From: Euryarchaeota archaeon UBA88
GTDB lineage: Archaea; Thermoplasmatota; Poseidoniia; Poseidoniales; Poseidoniaceae
DNA length: 64,000 nt
Direction: 5' to 3'
Assembly: GCA_002499545.1 (NCBI GenBank)
Contig: DAME01000002.1
Coordinates: forward strand, 5,029 to 69,028
In this document: positions 18,601 to 27,757 of the stretch, one piece after another
How the letters are laid out: every line of letters starts with the position of its first letter
How positions within the stretch are numbered: position 1 is the first letter of the stretch
Notes under the pieces: generated by a model
The model's database searches: none
The model's input: only the letters and a program-made list of their open reading frames with translations
What the model was told of the DNA's origin: nothing
Program-made: the position numbers and the translations under genes

Positions 18601-19484
18601 AAATCCTCAATTTGTTTTTGCAATGCACCAATCTGATCTTCTAATTCGAGAAGATCTTTCGAGCCATCTTTCACTTCAAGTTCCAAATCAGTTGCTTCAC
18701 CACCAATCCGGACTTGTTCGTTGACCAGATAGGTTCGTTCGGCTTCTTGGCTCGCCAATTTTGCTTGGGCTGAAAGAATGCGAGCAGTCTGTAATTCTTG
18801 GACCAAATCCTGCACTTTGAGGGCAAGGTTCTTTTCTTTGGTCAAATCTTTAAGACGTGCTTTTTGCTCATCTTCCAGCAAGCCAATCCGCTCAATGAAT
18901 CCTTCAACCATGTCGCGTTGGCGGTCGGCCTTTCGAATCTCATCATCGTATGAAGTGACACCTGCAACACCGTCGAGCACTCTTCTGCGTTCTTTCGCAG
19001 TCATCTTGGCAAGCCGCGTTACATCGCCCTGGAGGACAATATTGTAACCATCTGGACGCGCATTTGCCGCCCCAAGAAGGCGATGGAACGTTTTCTGACT
19101 GCTTTCCTCACCGTCAAGTAAGTAGGTAGTCACTGTATTATTGGCCTTGGTAAGGCGGACCGAGCGCGTCATTCGAACTTCGTCTTGGTCAAGAGGAAGA
19201 CGGCGGCGCCCGCTTGCCAGTAAGGGGTTCGCAAACACCAACGTCACTTGGCATGAACGCGCTGGTTTGGAATTTTTCCCGCCGTTGAAGATCAGGTCTT
19301 TCGCATTCTGAGCACGAATCACCTTGTTACTACGTGGTCCTAATACAAATTGAATAGCGTCGCCACAGTTTGACTTCCCCGAACCATTGGGTCCTGTGAT
19401 GGCGGTGAAACCACGGTCGAGAGGAACCATTACCGCACCCTTGAATGATTTGAAATCAGATACTTCAAGTGCTTTGAGATACAT
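15573..19484 (-). CDS. smc: Chromosome segregation ATPase SMC
   Basis: N-terminal Walker A GPNGSGKSN, long coiled coils, a hinge (GIIGTVAELC...), the C-terminal signature LSGGEQSMAALALIFA, and Walker B YYFDEVDQNLD. There is an acidic C-terminal extension. Confidence 0.95.
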   Translation of the reverse strand: MYLKALEVSDFKSFKGAVMVPLDRGFTAITGPNGSGKSNCGDAIQFVLGPRSNKVIRAQNAKDLIFNGGKNSKPARSCQVTLVFANPLLASGRRRLPLDQDEVRMTRSVRLTKANNTVTTYLLDGEESSQKTFHRLLGAANARPDGYNIVLQGDVTRLAKMTAKERRRVLDGVAGVTSYDDEIRKADRQRDMVEGFIERIGLLEDEQKARLKDLTKEKNLALKVQDLVQELQTARILSAQAKLASQEAERTYLVNEQVRIGGEATDLELEVKDGSKDLLELEDQIGALQKQIEDLMGGDSNGLLAAISELQIRIATSKDRIHEAEEKDVEDEEERVGLDESLISAQAALADFEQSLVNARTDLTAAETELAEAKKEEDEVRTLLESSGTANAELSRALAQSITKVEDAIEELNTAQAEVNRVATQAEMLSEQLGTTQEAAESARLALGELELEGEEIGATSPDQDRKKLAEQLHAAQRSEAKLVEESEVVETRLRETERKLNIAKAEMENRTGAKGMAGGAAAILSARDRGELRGIIGTVAELCSPRDSSHTDALATAIGGGMTSVVVESDEVAANAIRWLAEHKAGRATFLPLNKLSHSRAAGKALIVSSKSGVVGFAYDLLDYDPRIDTAVRFVLRNTLIVDSMSTARANMGGVRLVTLRGDVTEAGGAMVGGSKRKMKVAFGGNIQGASEVETLSSDVERFRLMADTVNGALRDARRQQTELRNKINALSDSDHAVRYQEWKAELKQAKANHVAALGEVAIQEKRLGELEIEGAEKLRDLDNAQNLLAAANESRSTAQIALEDASPAHLKDRLHATEVKRVEAEGLKAQAQAALNTDASHQTLLESRVTEVSTRIELLKANAIGRSDRIDSLQARIATDSIDLEAKEAERSQYLEENQGLEDERLKLIEERTSLNVNLQQKATDARSRRTMIVELGRTLALKDDAVRETMSEMTENGIHPAPEGTVLPSLGDAERNERSLQRKLDGHGPVNMLAIEQFAACEARLADMKDDFKTLQSRRKHLIDVTEKLEQQRKERLLKVLEKVNENFKVAYKSLSDGGRGELFLENKDEPFKGGLELWAQPRGKSAKVTRHQLSGGEQSMAALALIFAIQDYDPSPFYYFDEVDQNLDGYNAERIALMCRERSKRAQFIMVTLRKVSLRLADHHIGITHGGDGCSRRIVDFDRDKAIALGQQALEEAEKDNSKNHSRIEEATAASHEMPEVPEPLPTPSSLGGLLNHMKAEEVESPDVESGFAGLSDRTTDLTEDIEEWAEVAQAIQAIESEEESAQTVQEAEVEEENL

Positions 19485-19662
19485 CCCTATTCCCCATAAT
19501 CGAAAAAGTTCATTTCGACCTTATTCGCGACACCCATCTCCTACAGGTCTTAAACAATGCGTGGAAAACTCACTCAGTGCATTGATTTTAGCGGTGTCCA
19601 AAAAAAGCCAAGAGGCTCAAATAGAGACATAACTCTGTAGATTCCAATCGAACCGAATCGCT

Positions 19663-20445
19663 TCACAGCGTACCGGTTTGGTTGCATTTATTACATCCAG
19701 CGCCTCGACAATACGGGCACGTTGCAAGAACTTTGATTCCTTTGGTATTCGTTCGTTGCATGTGAAGCATGGAATCTTTGTTTAAGATACGTGAACGGGT
19801 GATGCGAGATGAACTACCTGAACGTGCACCTAGCCTCATACCGACTGACCCAAATGTCTTGCGAAATTCTGCAGCAACGTCTCTACGAGAGTGCAGACGG
19901 TCATGTGTCTGTTCCACGGCTTCTGCTTCCCAGTATCGAGGACCTGCCATCAGAAAAGCACCAATTCCTGCAATGATTGCTTGAACTAACAGCGGATGTA
20001 CCGAGAACGGTATCAAATCTGCAATTCCGTTCGAATTCGCAGACTTTGGCAAGAAATTTAGCCTGTCAAGAATGGCGATACTGAAAAGAACAGCCCCCGC
20101 AGCGAAGTAAAAATTGTACTTCTTTTGACTTCGAAGTCCGGTGTTCGTGAATCGAACTCTCCCGTAAAGAAGCACGAATAATCCGAGAAACACAAACAAA
20201 ATATCGACTGGGGCCCACTGACCAACAGCGCCGAGGCACATCGAAGTGTTTCCTGCAGCAAGTTCGGCCTCGATGTCTGAGATTCGACAGAGTTGTGGCT
20301 GCAACATTCGCATGACGTCGAGTTTTGTACCCTCTGCCCCAACAATAACCCTTGAAGCGACGAGCCCCATTCCCGTGTTGAGAACAGAAAAACCAATCAA
20401 GCAAATTCCGAAGACGATCCCAATCATCTCCCGCAGACTCGCCAT
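19663..20445 (-). CDS. Polytopic membrane protein with a C-terminal DnaJ-type zinc knuckle
   Basis: About four hydrophobic helices, a basic Ser/Arg-rich linker, and the terminal sequence CPYCRGAGCNKCNQTG (CxxCxGxG-CxxCxxxG). Confidence 0.5.
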   Translation of the reverse strand: MASLREMIGIVFGICLIGFSVLNTGMGLVASRVIVGAEGTKLDVMRMLQPQLCRISDIEAELAAGNTSMCLGAVGQWAPVDILFVFLGLFVLLYGRVRFTNTGLRSQKKYNFYFAAGAVLFSIAILDRLNFLPKSANSNGIADLIPFSVHPLLVQAIIAGIGAFLMAGPRYWEAEAVEQTHDRLHSRRDVAAEFRKTFGSVGMRLGARSGSSSRITRSRILNKDSMLHMQRTNTKGIKVLATCPYCRGAGCNKCNQTGTL

Positions 20446-20454
20446 ACTCTACGC

Positions 20455-22170
20455 ATGAATGCTCCGGACATAGCGGTTTCGCTTGCCGATGAGGTGAAAT
20501 GGGACGGCTTGTACCCTTTGCCAAGAGAGGATGCCAGCATGGTGCGCGTTTCGATTATCGGCAGTGGTATTGCGGGTCTTTTCGCCGCACTACGCCTTGC
20601 TGACGCCGGTCATGAAGTAACGGTCATCACCAAACAACGTCCGATTGATTCATCGACAAATTGGGCCCAAGGTGGAATCGCTGCAATTCTCGACAAGACT
20701 GACGGAACCGGCGTCGATGCTCACATACACGATACACTGCTCTGCGGTGACGGGTTGTGTGATGAAACCATTGTGCGTAAGGTGATTGAAGAGTCGGGGG
20801 ACAGGATCCACGACCTGCTCAGCATTGGTGTCCGCTTTGAGACCACTGTAGAAGGAGCGTTTCATTTTGTTAAAGAAGGCGGCCATTCAGAGCGCAGGAT
20901 ACTGCACGCAAAGGACGCCACTGGAAAAGAAATTGAGCGTGCTCTGAGCGAAGCAGCATCCGCCCACCCGCTAATTATACTGAAACCAAATACGCTGGCC
21001 ATCGACCTCATTCAGCGCCAGCACAAGAATCCAGAAATGGGCATCGCTGGTTCTTGGTGCCTTGACCAAGAACGTGGAACCGTCTTCACGCAACCCGCCG
21101 ACGTACTGCTGCTTGCCACTGGTGGTGTTGGCCAGTTATGGTCGCAAACCACCAACCCGAGTGTTGCAACTGGTGACGGCTTAGCGATGGCCTTCAGAGC
21201 TGGTGCTGCTGTCAAAGACATGGCGTTTATCCAATTCCACCCAACCGCACTGGCCAGACCGAATGATCGCCCATTTTTGATCACTGAAGCCATGCGAGGT
21301 GAAGGAGGAGTCATCCTCGACAGAGAAGGACTTGAACGATGGAACGAAGCCAACAGAAACCTTACGCAGAATGATGAGCCAGTGTCTCCTGAAAAGTTTT
21401 CATTCACACTCAACCATTCACCACTCGGTTCGATGGCGACCAGAGATATCGTAGCAAGAGCCATCGACCAACGACTCAAAGAAACCGGTGAAAAGAACGT
21501 CTTCTTAGTGACTTCACACCTCGACCAGCAGCGGCTTTCAGAACAATTCCCGAACATCCAATCTCGCTTAGATAGACACGGATTGAAACTCGGAAGAGAC
21601 CCTCTCCCAGTATCCCCTGCTGCTCACTATATCGTTGGAGGATTGGCAGTCGACGAGTTTGGCCGTCCTCATTGCCGAGAATCAGGCGCTACCATCCCTG
21701 GCTTATACGCCATTGGCGAAGTAGCGTGTACGGGTATGCACGGTGCGAATCGTCTCGCCTCCAACAGCCTTCTTGAAGCGGTTGTTTACGCTTCAAATGC
21801 CGCCACCCACATCATTGAATCCAATCTGATGGCGACCGAGATAGCCTTGCCGGATTGGCGTGCGGACGGTTTGAAATCGTTACGAGAACACGCCCCAGTG
21901 ATTAACGACCGAGATTCGTTGAGAAAAACCATGTCCAATGAAGTTGGAATTGTACGTCGTTTCAGTCGATTGAATCGAGCTGCACGTCGATTGGAACTGC
22001 TGGCGAAGGAAATCGACCTCATTTGGCGCAATGCCTTACCGTCCAGAGAAATCGTCGAATTACGAAATTTAATTCTTGTAGGGACGCTGGTGGCGAACGA
22101 TGCTATTCAACGCCAAGAGAACAGGGGGCTACACTACAACAAGGACCTTATTCAAAATGTAAAGCAGTGA
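20455..22170 (+). CDS. nadB: L-aspartate oxidase
   Basis: FAD fold VSIIGSGIAGLFAALRLA. Fumarate reductase/succinate dehydrogenase flavoprotein-family motifs: TNWAQGGIAA, FHPT, RGEGG, and HYIVGGLAVDEFG...GLYAIGE. An alternative start at 20539 (MVRVSIIGSG) would leave a 93-bp divergent promoter region. Confidence 0.9.
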   Translation: MNAPDIAVSLADEVKWDGLYPLPREDASMVRVSIIGSGIAGLFAALRLADAGHEVTVITKQRPIDSSTNWAQGGIAAILDKTDGTGVDAHIHDTLLCGDGLCDETIVRKVIEESGDRIHDLLSIGVRFETTVEGAFHFVKEGGHSERRILHAKDATGKEIERALSEAASAHPLIILKPNTLAIDLIQRQHKNPEMGIAGSWCLDQERGTVFTQPADVLLLATGGVGQLWSQTTNPSVATGDGLAMAFRAGAAVKDMAFIQFHPTALARPNDRPFLITEAMRGEGGVILDREGLERWNEANRNLTQNDEPVSPEKFSFTLNHSPLGSMATRDIVARAIDQRLKETGEKNVFLVTSHLDQQRLSEQFPNIQSRLDRHGLKLGRDPLPVSPAAHYIVGGLAVDEFGRPHCRESGATIPGLYAIGEVACTGMHGANRLASNSLLEAVVYASNAATHIIESNLMATEIALPDWRADGLKSLREHAPVINDRDSLRKTMSNEVGIVRRFSRLNRAARRLELLAKEIDLIWRNALPSREIVELRNLILVGTLVANDAIQRQENRGLHYNKDLIQNVKQ

Positions 22171-23083
22171 TCATCGAACTCAGCATCTGATTCAACGGTG
22201 TCGCTACACCTGCCCGTTCTCCGCGCTCAACAATGGCTTGATTGAGCACTGAAATCTCCGTTGTTCGCCCAGAACGAATGTCTTGCAGCATACTGCAAAT
22301 GTTTCCTGATGTAGCTATGAGAACTTCACGAAGTTGGGCTTCAAGTTCAGCATCATCTGGCAGAGATACGCCCTCAATTCGGGCTACGGAAGCACCTTCG
22401 AGCATTGTCGAATACGCTGCAGAAAACAAGTTTTGGCTCAGCAAAGAACCGTTTTCAACCCCTGCTAAAGATGCGATTGGGTTGATGGAAATGTTGAGCA
22501 AGACCTTTCTCCAAACTGCAGAAAGACCGTCTGAAGTCCACGCTGGGTTCAATCCTGCGCTTTTGAGCACCTCAAGAAAAGGCAACGCTTCAACTTCACC
22601 TGGTCCACCAGGTAGTGAGCCGACTACGGTATGTCCAACGCCTGCCCAATGAATCACGCCAGGTTGAGGCCTCCAAGCACCGTGAGTCGTCGTTGCTGCG
22701 AACACACGATGCGGTCCAAGAACCTCTACGCAGCGTTCAGCATGACCCAAACCGTTGCTGAGACAGAGGGCGAAGCCTCCCGGAGCAAGAAGGGATCGAG
22801 CGTGTAGGGCGAGTTGCTCGGTGTGGTCTGCTTTACCAGTGATAACCACAATATCGAGGGCATTGTGCAAAAGATTCGGTAAACCAACCTCATCAAGGGA
22901 AAAGAAAACCCGCTCATTTGAGACGTGCATCGAAGTTTCTCCTTCGATGGTCAAACCCTGTGATGCCATGACTGCTCCGTGTTGTCCTCGTGCATGAACG
23001 AGTAATTCTACACCTTCAACTTTTGATAGGAGAGCCGCATACAAGGAGCCAATCGAACCGGCTCCTACAATGGCAATACGCAT
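22148..23083 (-). CDS. panE: 2-dehydropantoate 2-reductase (ApbA/PanE family)
   Basis: MRIAIVGAGSIGSLYAALL Rossmann N-terminus, with PanE-like length and C-terminal domain (SMLQDIRSGRTTEI). Confidence 0.8.
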   Translation of the reverse strand: MRIAIVGAGSIGSLYAALLSKVEGVELLVHARGQHGAVMASQGLTIEGETSMHVSNERVFFSLDEVGLPNLLHNALDIVVITGKADHTEQLALHARSLLAPGGFALCLSNGLGHAERCVEVLGPHRVFAATTTHGAWRPQPGVIHWAGVGHTVVGSLPGGPGEVEALPFLEVLKSAGLNPAWTSDGLSAVWRKVLLNISINPIASLAGVENGSLLSQNLFSAAYSTMLEGASVARIEGVSLPDDAELEAQLREVLIATSGNICSMLQDIRSGRTTEISVLNQAIVERGERAGVATPLNQMLSSMITALHFE

Positions 23084-23092
23084 TCAATCACC

Positions 23093-25645
23093 TCAAACAT
23101 AACTCGCAAGATGAATCACAAGCGTTCCGTCCTGATGCTCGAACCAAAGTGTGGAATACGTGCTTGAGGAAGGAGTGAATTCAAAGGTATTCCAGCCAGT
23201 TTGAAGCGAGTTTGGAGAAGCGACGATAGACCACTGTTCAAGTCCGTTTCCAACAAAATTCAGTTGCACGGGTATGGAGGCGTTGTCTGAATTATAGAAT
23301 TCGAATTGCGCACCCTGTTCATGAAGCAAGACGCCGTCGTACGCAGCCATCCATTGGTTTGACCACAGTCTGTGCGAAGTATTGTATCGATTAAAGACCA
23401 ACTCGGGACCTCGCTCAACAACGAACTCAAATTCGGGTAGAGGGGATAAATTTTCTGAACAAACCTTCAATTCATCGTCATCTGACATCTGAATATGCCA
23501 CGAATTATTGATGTTGGTTACGGCAGGTATCTTGTAGATATTGCGAACGTCAAGATCCCAAACCCATTGCCCCACAGATGAGGTAGGTGGAATACCTAAG
23601 GTAGAATCAAGCGGGCATGCATCTTCAAGGGTTGAAAGAATACCTCCAGATTCAAGTTTGAAGCCCCATCCCAGCTTTGCATCTGCGGTAATGTTCCATC
23701 CACGTTCAGGCACCACTGCCACGAGGGGAATTTCAGGTTGTCCGGCATCGAACGAGACGTTGTTGAGCGTGATGGTGTTCAATTCAGAAGAGCGAAGCAA
23801 GACGGGGTCAAGGCCGCGCAAGCAAATCCTTGAAGGAGATTCCTCGTATGATGCATTTAATCCGCTGAAGCCTTCAATCCAATACAACCGAGATTGCAGA
23901 TCCTGAACGGCTACTGCTTGCGGGAAGGACACATTCAGAGAGGAAGCTGATTTAGCTTGCACCTTCATGCAGCGTTTCATTTCACCTTCATCAACTTGTA
24001 ATACCCAAGGTGAAGCAGGATACAGATCCAGTTCAGGTCGGACTGAAATCAAATGCGTGAGGTACTCACCGTGGTCGTGAGTTAGCAACGAGAAGTTTGC
24101 CATCATCGGAGAGACTTGATTCATGGTCCAAGTCATGTTCAGGTACACCGAGGTTTGCGTTCGGGGTGGAAGTGTGCTTCCACATCCAAATCCATTGATA
24201 CCTAACTGGTCTTCATCATCGCAGTCCCATATCAAGGACCAACCACTCAGGTCGTCATCGTATTGATCAAAATCAGCGGCCCAATCACGGTTAATCGAGG
24301 AAGGGTTGGTGACCAGAAGGGTGACTTGTGCATTCCATACCCCATCCACCAGTTCCGCCGTAACATTGTGATTCACATCGTAGAATACTCTCGCATCCCA
24401 GTCTTCATCAATTTCAAAAGGAACCTGACTTGGAAGAGCGAAAAGCACCGCTATGAGCATCACAAGTCCGATGTTTTTGATTGACTGGAGATCCAAGCCC
24501 TTTGATTCATTGAGAATAATTGGCGTACGGCGGTCGGTTCCAAAGAACAGAAGCAGTGGGAGGATGAGGGCGAGAATGAACAGCCAAATGGTGAAGCCAT
24601 TGAACGCATCAAACATCCACGCAAAGGCGAGAATAATGAGGAACAGAAATATTTGGTTTGAACCGCTTCGGGCTTCGGATGGTCCGGTACGGGCGACCAT
24701 GATTCTACCACCTGGGAAGGTTGGAATTGGGAGAAGTGAAATCCAACCAAAGAAAGTGAGCAGTGCGCCTGCTTTAGCGAACGGGTGCGCCCAAGTGAGT
24801 CGAGTGATGTATTCATTCATTTGCCACTGGCCGAGAACCTCGACCAAAAACGGACCTTGAACTACATTTTGTGATGAGGTGACAGCCACGTACTCAGGTG
24901 TTAACCAAAGGCCGATGGCCCACAATGCCATACCCAGCGAAATCAGCGTTGCTGGAACGGTTACAGCAACCCAGCCCAGTACCTTGCGGTCCGACCAAGG
25001 ACGAGCGTCCATTCTGGGTAAAGTCGGTATTAAGAACAGTCCAAAAGGCCAAACGAGACTTGCTTGGGAAAAGAGTCCGATACTCCAGAAGGCGATTGAG
25101 GGCTCGGGAAGAGGCGTGATGTGACCGACGCGATGATTGAAGTGTTTTGCCGTTCTTTTTTGAATGCTTGAAGCGATGAAAAGACACAGCAGGACCGGAA
25201 GAGTGTAGCCGATTAGTGCGTCTAGGAACCCTGAGGAGGCAAACCAACCTCCACTGGGGCGAGACCCTTTTAGCCAATAGTCACCGGCTAATGTCAAACA
25301 TAATGCGGAAAAGAACCACATTAAAATCGTGAAACGCAGCGATGGGAATTGACGCTCGGGTAGTGGGAATATTTGGACAATCCATTCTTCTGCTTGTACC
25401 AGTTTTGCCGCCCATCCCAGTTTGCTCAAGTAAGCATTGGCATTTTCAAGGCAATCATCAATCTCGGTATCGTGCCGAGGCGAAACAATCCAAGTCGGCC
25501 AGACGCCACCGCCTACATTTGCTCCAATGAAAAAATAGCGGTCAAGAACATTGGAAAGAAGTTGATGCTGCTTCCACGGGTCACGATGTGCAGCCATAGG
25601 TTCCATTACGGAACCAGGCTCGCTTGAATCATCGGAATCACTCAT
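23093..25645 (-). CDS. Site-2-protease (peptidase M50)-like membrane protein lacking catalytic motifs, fused to a large C-terminal extracytoplasmic domain
   Basis: The N-terminal 400 aa are colinear with archaeal M50 proteins. ASSIQ replaces HExxH, and LLPIPTFPGG replaces the NxxPxxxLDG motif. About 450 aa of non-membrane sequence follow. Confidence 0.5.
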   Translation of the reverse strand: MSDSDDSSEPGSVMEPMAAHRDPWKQHQLLSNVLDRYFFIGANVGGGVWPTWIVSPRHDTEIDDCLENANAYLSKLGWAAKLVQAEEWIVQIFPLPERQFPSLRFTILMWFFSALCLTLAGDYWLKGSRPSGGWFASSGFLDALIGYTLPVLLCLFIASSIQKRTAKHFNHRVGHITPLPEPSIAFWSIGLFSQASLVWPFGLFLIPTLPRMDARPWSDRKVLGWVAVTVPATLISLGMALWAIGLWLTPEYVAVTSSQNVVQGPFLVEVLGQWQMNEYITRLTWAHPFAKAGALLTFFGWISLLPIPTFPGGRIMVARTGPSEARSGSNQIFLFLIILAFAWMFDAFNGFTIWLFILALILPLLLFFGTDRRTPIILNESKGLDLQSIKNIGLVMLIAVLFALPSQVPFEIDEDWDARVFYDVNHNVTAELVDGVWNAQVTLLVTNPSSINRDWAADFDQYDDDLSGWSLIWDCDDEDQLGINGFGCGSTLPPRTQTSVYLNMTWTMNQVSPMMANFSLLTHDHGEYLTHLISVRPELDLYPASPWVLQVDEGEMKRCMKVQAKSASSLNVSFPQAVAVQDLQSRLYWIEGFSGLNASYEESPSRICLRGLDPVLLRSSELNTITLNNVSFDAGQPEIPLVAVVPERGWNITADAKLGWGFKLESGGILSTLEDACPLDSTLGIPPTSSVGQWVWDLDVRNIYKIPAVTNINNSWHIQMSDDDELKVCSENLSPLPEFEFVVERGPELVFNRYNTSHRLWSNQWMAAYDGVLLHEQGAQFEFYNSDNASIPVQLNFVGNGLEQWSIVASPNSLQTGWNTFEFTPSSSTYSTLWFEHQDGTLVIHLASYV

Positions 25646-25724
25646 CGTAGCATCTCCTCAAACCTTTGGGGTTCTGCTTCCCCCTTGAATGAATCCCTCA
25701 TACCTTTCAAAGGCGTGGATAGAA

Positions 25725-26342
25725 TCACTTGTTCTTGAATCGCTTCAAACGGAATGTTTCCTCACGTTCCATCTCTTCAAGTCGAAGTTGAATGAACACG
25801 CGTGCTTCTTCAAGTTCAGGAATGACCTTGAACTCCAAAGCGTTAACACGGCGCTTGGTTGCTTCAATCTCTTGAAGGAGTCGCTTGAGCGTTGCTTCCA
25901 TTTCAGATGCTTTGACAATCTTTTCAATCAAATTGCCAAATGACTCGCCAGCTTCATCGATGTAAGGAGATGAGCCAATGTAACCAACACCGCGTTCACG
26001 GAACGTTGACTTGAGATTGGTACCGCTCACGCTTGGGACCACGACACCCATGATGTTGCGTCGTTCGACTTCAACCTCAGGATGTCCAGAATTGGCAATG
26101 GCTGCAGCACGAACAGCAAGACCGCCTTCAATGGCGTTTGCAAGATCGATTCGTTGCTTTGCCAATCGGTAGGCATCGGTCAAGTCCCGCTTTGCTTCAA
26201 TCATTGCTGAAAGGAGGGTGCGGAATTCGTGGAACAGTCCGTCACGCTTCATCTTAAGCAGTTTGTAACCGTTTTTGGTTTGCTTAATTCGCCCTTTGAG
26301 TTTGATTAACTCACTTCGGGTCGGTTTGATGTCGAGTGCCAT
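25725..26342 (-). CDS. atpD: A-type ATP synthase subunit D
   Basis: MALDIKPTRSELIKLKGRIK... is the typical subunit D N-terminus. AAGGAG lies upstream of ATG 26342. Last gene of the operon. Confidence 0.9.
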   Translation of the reverse strand: MALDIKPTRSELIKLKGRIKQTKNGYKLLKMKRDGLFHEFRTLLSAMIEAKRDLTDAYRLAKQRIDLANAIEGGLAVRAAAIANSGHPEVEVERRNIMGVVVPSVSGTNLKSTFRERGVGYIGSSPYIDEAGESFGNLIEKIVKASEMEATLKRLLQEIEATKRRVNALEFKVIPELEEARVFIQLRLEEMEREETFRLKRFKNK

Positions 26343-26364
26343 ATGCTTCAGCTCCTTTAGGTGT

Positions 26365-27744
26365 TCAAGCTCTGTTGTCTGGATGATATTTGTCAATCCA
26401 CTTCTGGTCGAGACGGACAAGGTACTTTGTATCGATTGCCGACATGAGATTCCAGCACAAATCGAGTGTTTCCTCAATGGAACGGTCTTCGTCTCGGGTT
26501 TGGCGAAGGAACTTGTCCTCAAACACGCCAGAGAAGTCGAGTAATTGCTTGTCTCGCTCGTTCAATGCGTCTTCACCGACGATGGCAACAAGACCACGAA
26601 GTTCACGGCCTTGTGCATATGCTGCGTACATCTGGTCAGACACCGATTTGTGGTCTTCACGAGTGGTTTTCTCACCAATACACGAACCCATCAATCGGGA
26701 AAGCGATGGTAGAACGTTGATCGGCGGATAGATACCTTGTTGGTGCAATTCACGTGAAATAACAATCTGTCCTTCAGTGATGTATCCAGACAAGTCAGGA
26801 ATTGGGTGTGTGATATCGTCACCAGGCATGGTAAGAATCGGGAATTGTGTGATTGAACCCTTCTTGTTCTTGATAATTCCCGCACGTTCGTAGAGCATGG
26901 CCAAATCGGTGTACATGTAACCGGGGTAACCACGTCGTCCTGGAACTTCTTCACGAGCAGCACCGATTTGACGAAGAGCGTCACAATAGTTGGTCATGTC
27001 TGTGTAGATAACCAGAACGTGGTAGTCTTTCTCAAATGCAAGGTATTCTGCAGCAGTCAAAGCAAGTCGAGGGGTAATGATTCGTTCGACAGCAGGGTCG
27101 TCAGCAAGGTTGACGAACAGTACAGCCTTTTCCAGTGCCCCAGTTCGCTCTAAGTCAGAACGGAAGAAGTTGTATTCTTCAGCGGTAATTCCCATTGCAC
27201 AGAAAACCACAACGAATTCTTCATCAGAATCCTTGAGTTTTGCTTGGCGAGCAATTTGCAGAGCGATGTCGTTGTGTGGAAGACCAGATGCTGAGAAAAT
27301 TGGCAACTTCTGTCCACGGACAAGGCTGGTACACAAATCGATTGCAGAGACACCGGTTTGAATGAAATCATTCGGACTTTGTCGGCTGTAGGGATTAATA
27401 GCAGCGCCGATAATGTCAACTTTCTCCTCAGCGACGATTTCAGGACCGCCGTCACGAGGACGTCCTGCTCCATCAAGAATACGACCAACAAGGTCAGTAC
27501 TCACTGGGAGTTTGAAGACGTCGCCCATGAAGGTGACACCGGATTCACGGTCGATCTTGGAGGTTCCTTCGAACACTTGGACGATTACAAGATCGTCAGA
27601 AGTATCGAGAACTTGTCCATTCTTGATGGTGCCGTTAGAAAGTCGTAGGGTAACGATTTCCCCAAAAGCAACAGGTTCAGTTTTGTTCAAAAAGACCAGA
27701 GGTCCTTTCACGTCAGTAATGGTTCGGTATTCTTTTCCAGTCAT
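26365..27744 (-). CDS. atpB: A-type ATP synthase subunit B
   Basis: [14 protein letters not shown], and the regulatory-subunit pattern without a canonical P-loop ([11 protein letters not shown]). Confidence 0.95.
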   Translation of the reverse strand: MTGKEYRTITDVKGPLVFLNKTEPVAFGEIVTLRLSNGTIKNGQVLDTSDDLVIVQVFEGTSKIDRESGVTFMGDVFKLPVSTDLVGRILDGAGRPRDGGPEIVAEEKVDIIGAAINPYSRQSPNDFIQTGVSAIDLCTSLVRGQKLPIFSASGLPHNDIALQIARQAKLKDSDEEFVVVFCAMGITAEEYNFFRSDLERTGALEKAVLFVNLADDPAVERIITPRLALTAAEYLAFEKDYHVLVIYTDMTNYCDALRQIGAAREEVPGRRGYPGYMYTDLAMLYERAGIIKNKKGSITQFPILTMPGDDITHPIPDLSGYITEGQIVISRELHQQGIYPPINVLPSLSRLMGSCIGEKTTREDHKSVSDQMYAAYAQGRELRGLVAIVGEDALNERDKQLLDFSGVFEDKFLRQTRDEDRSIEETLDLCWNLMSAIDTKYLVRLDQKWIDKYHPDNRA

Positions 27745-27757
27745 GGTATTCCTCTCC

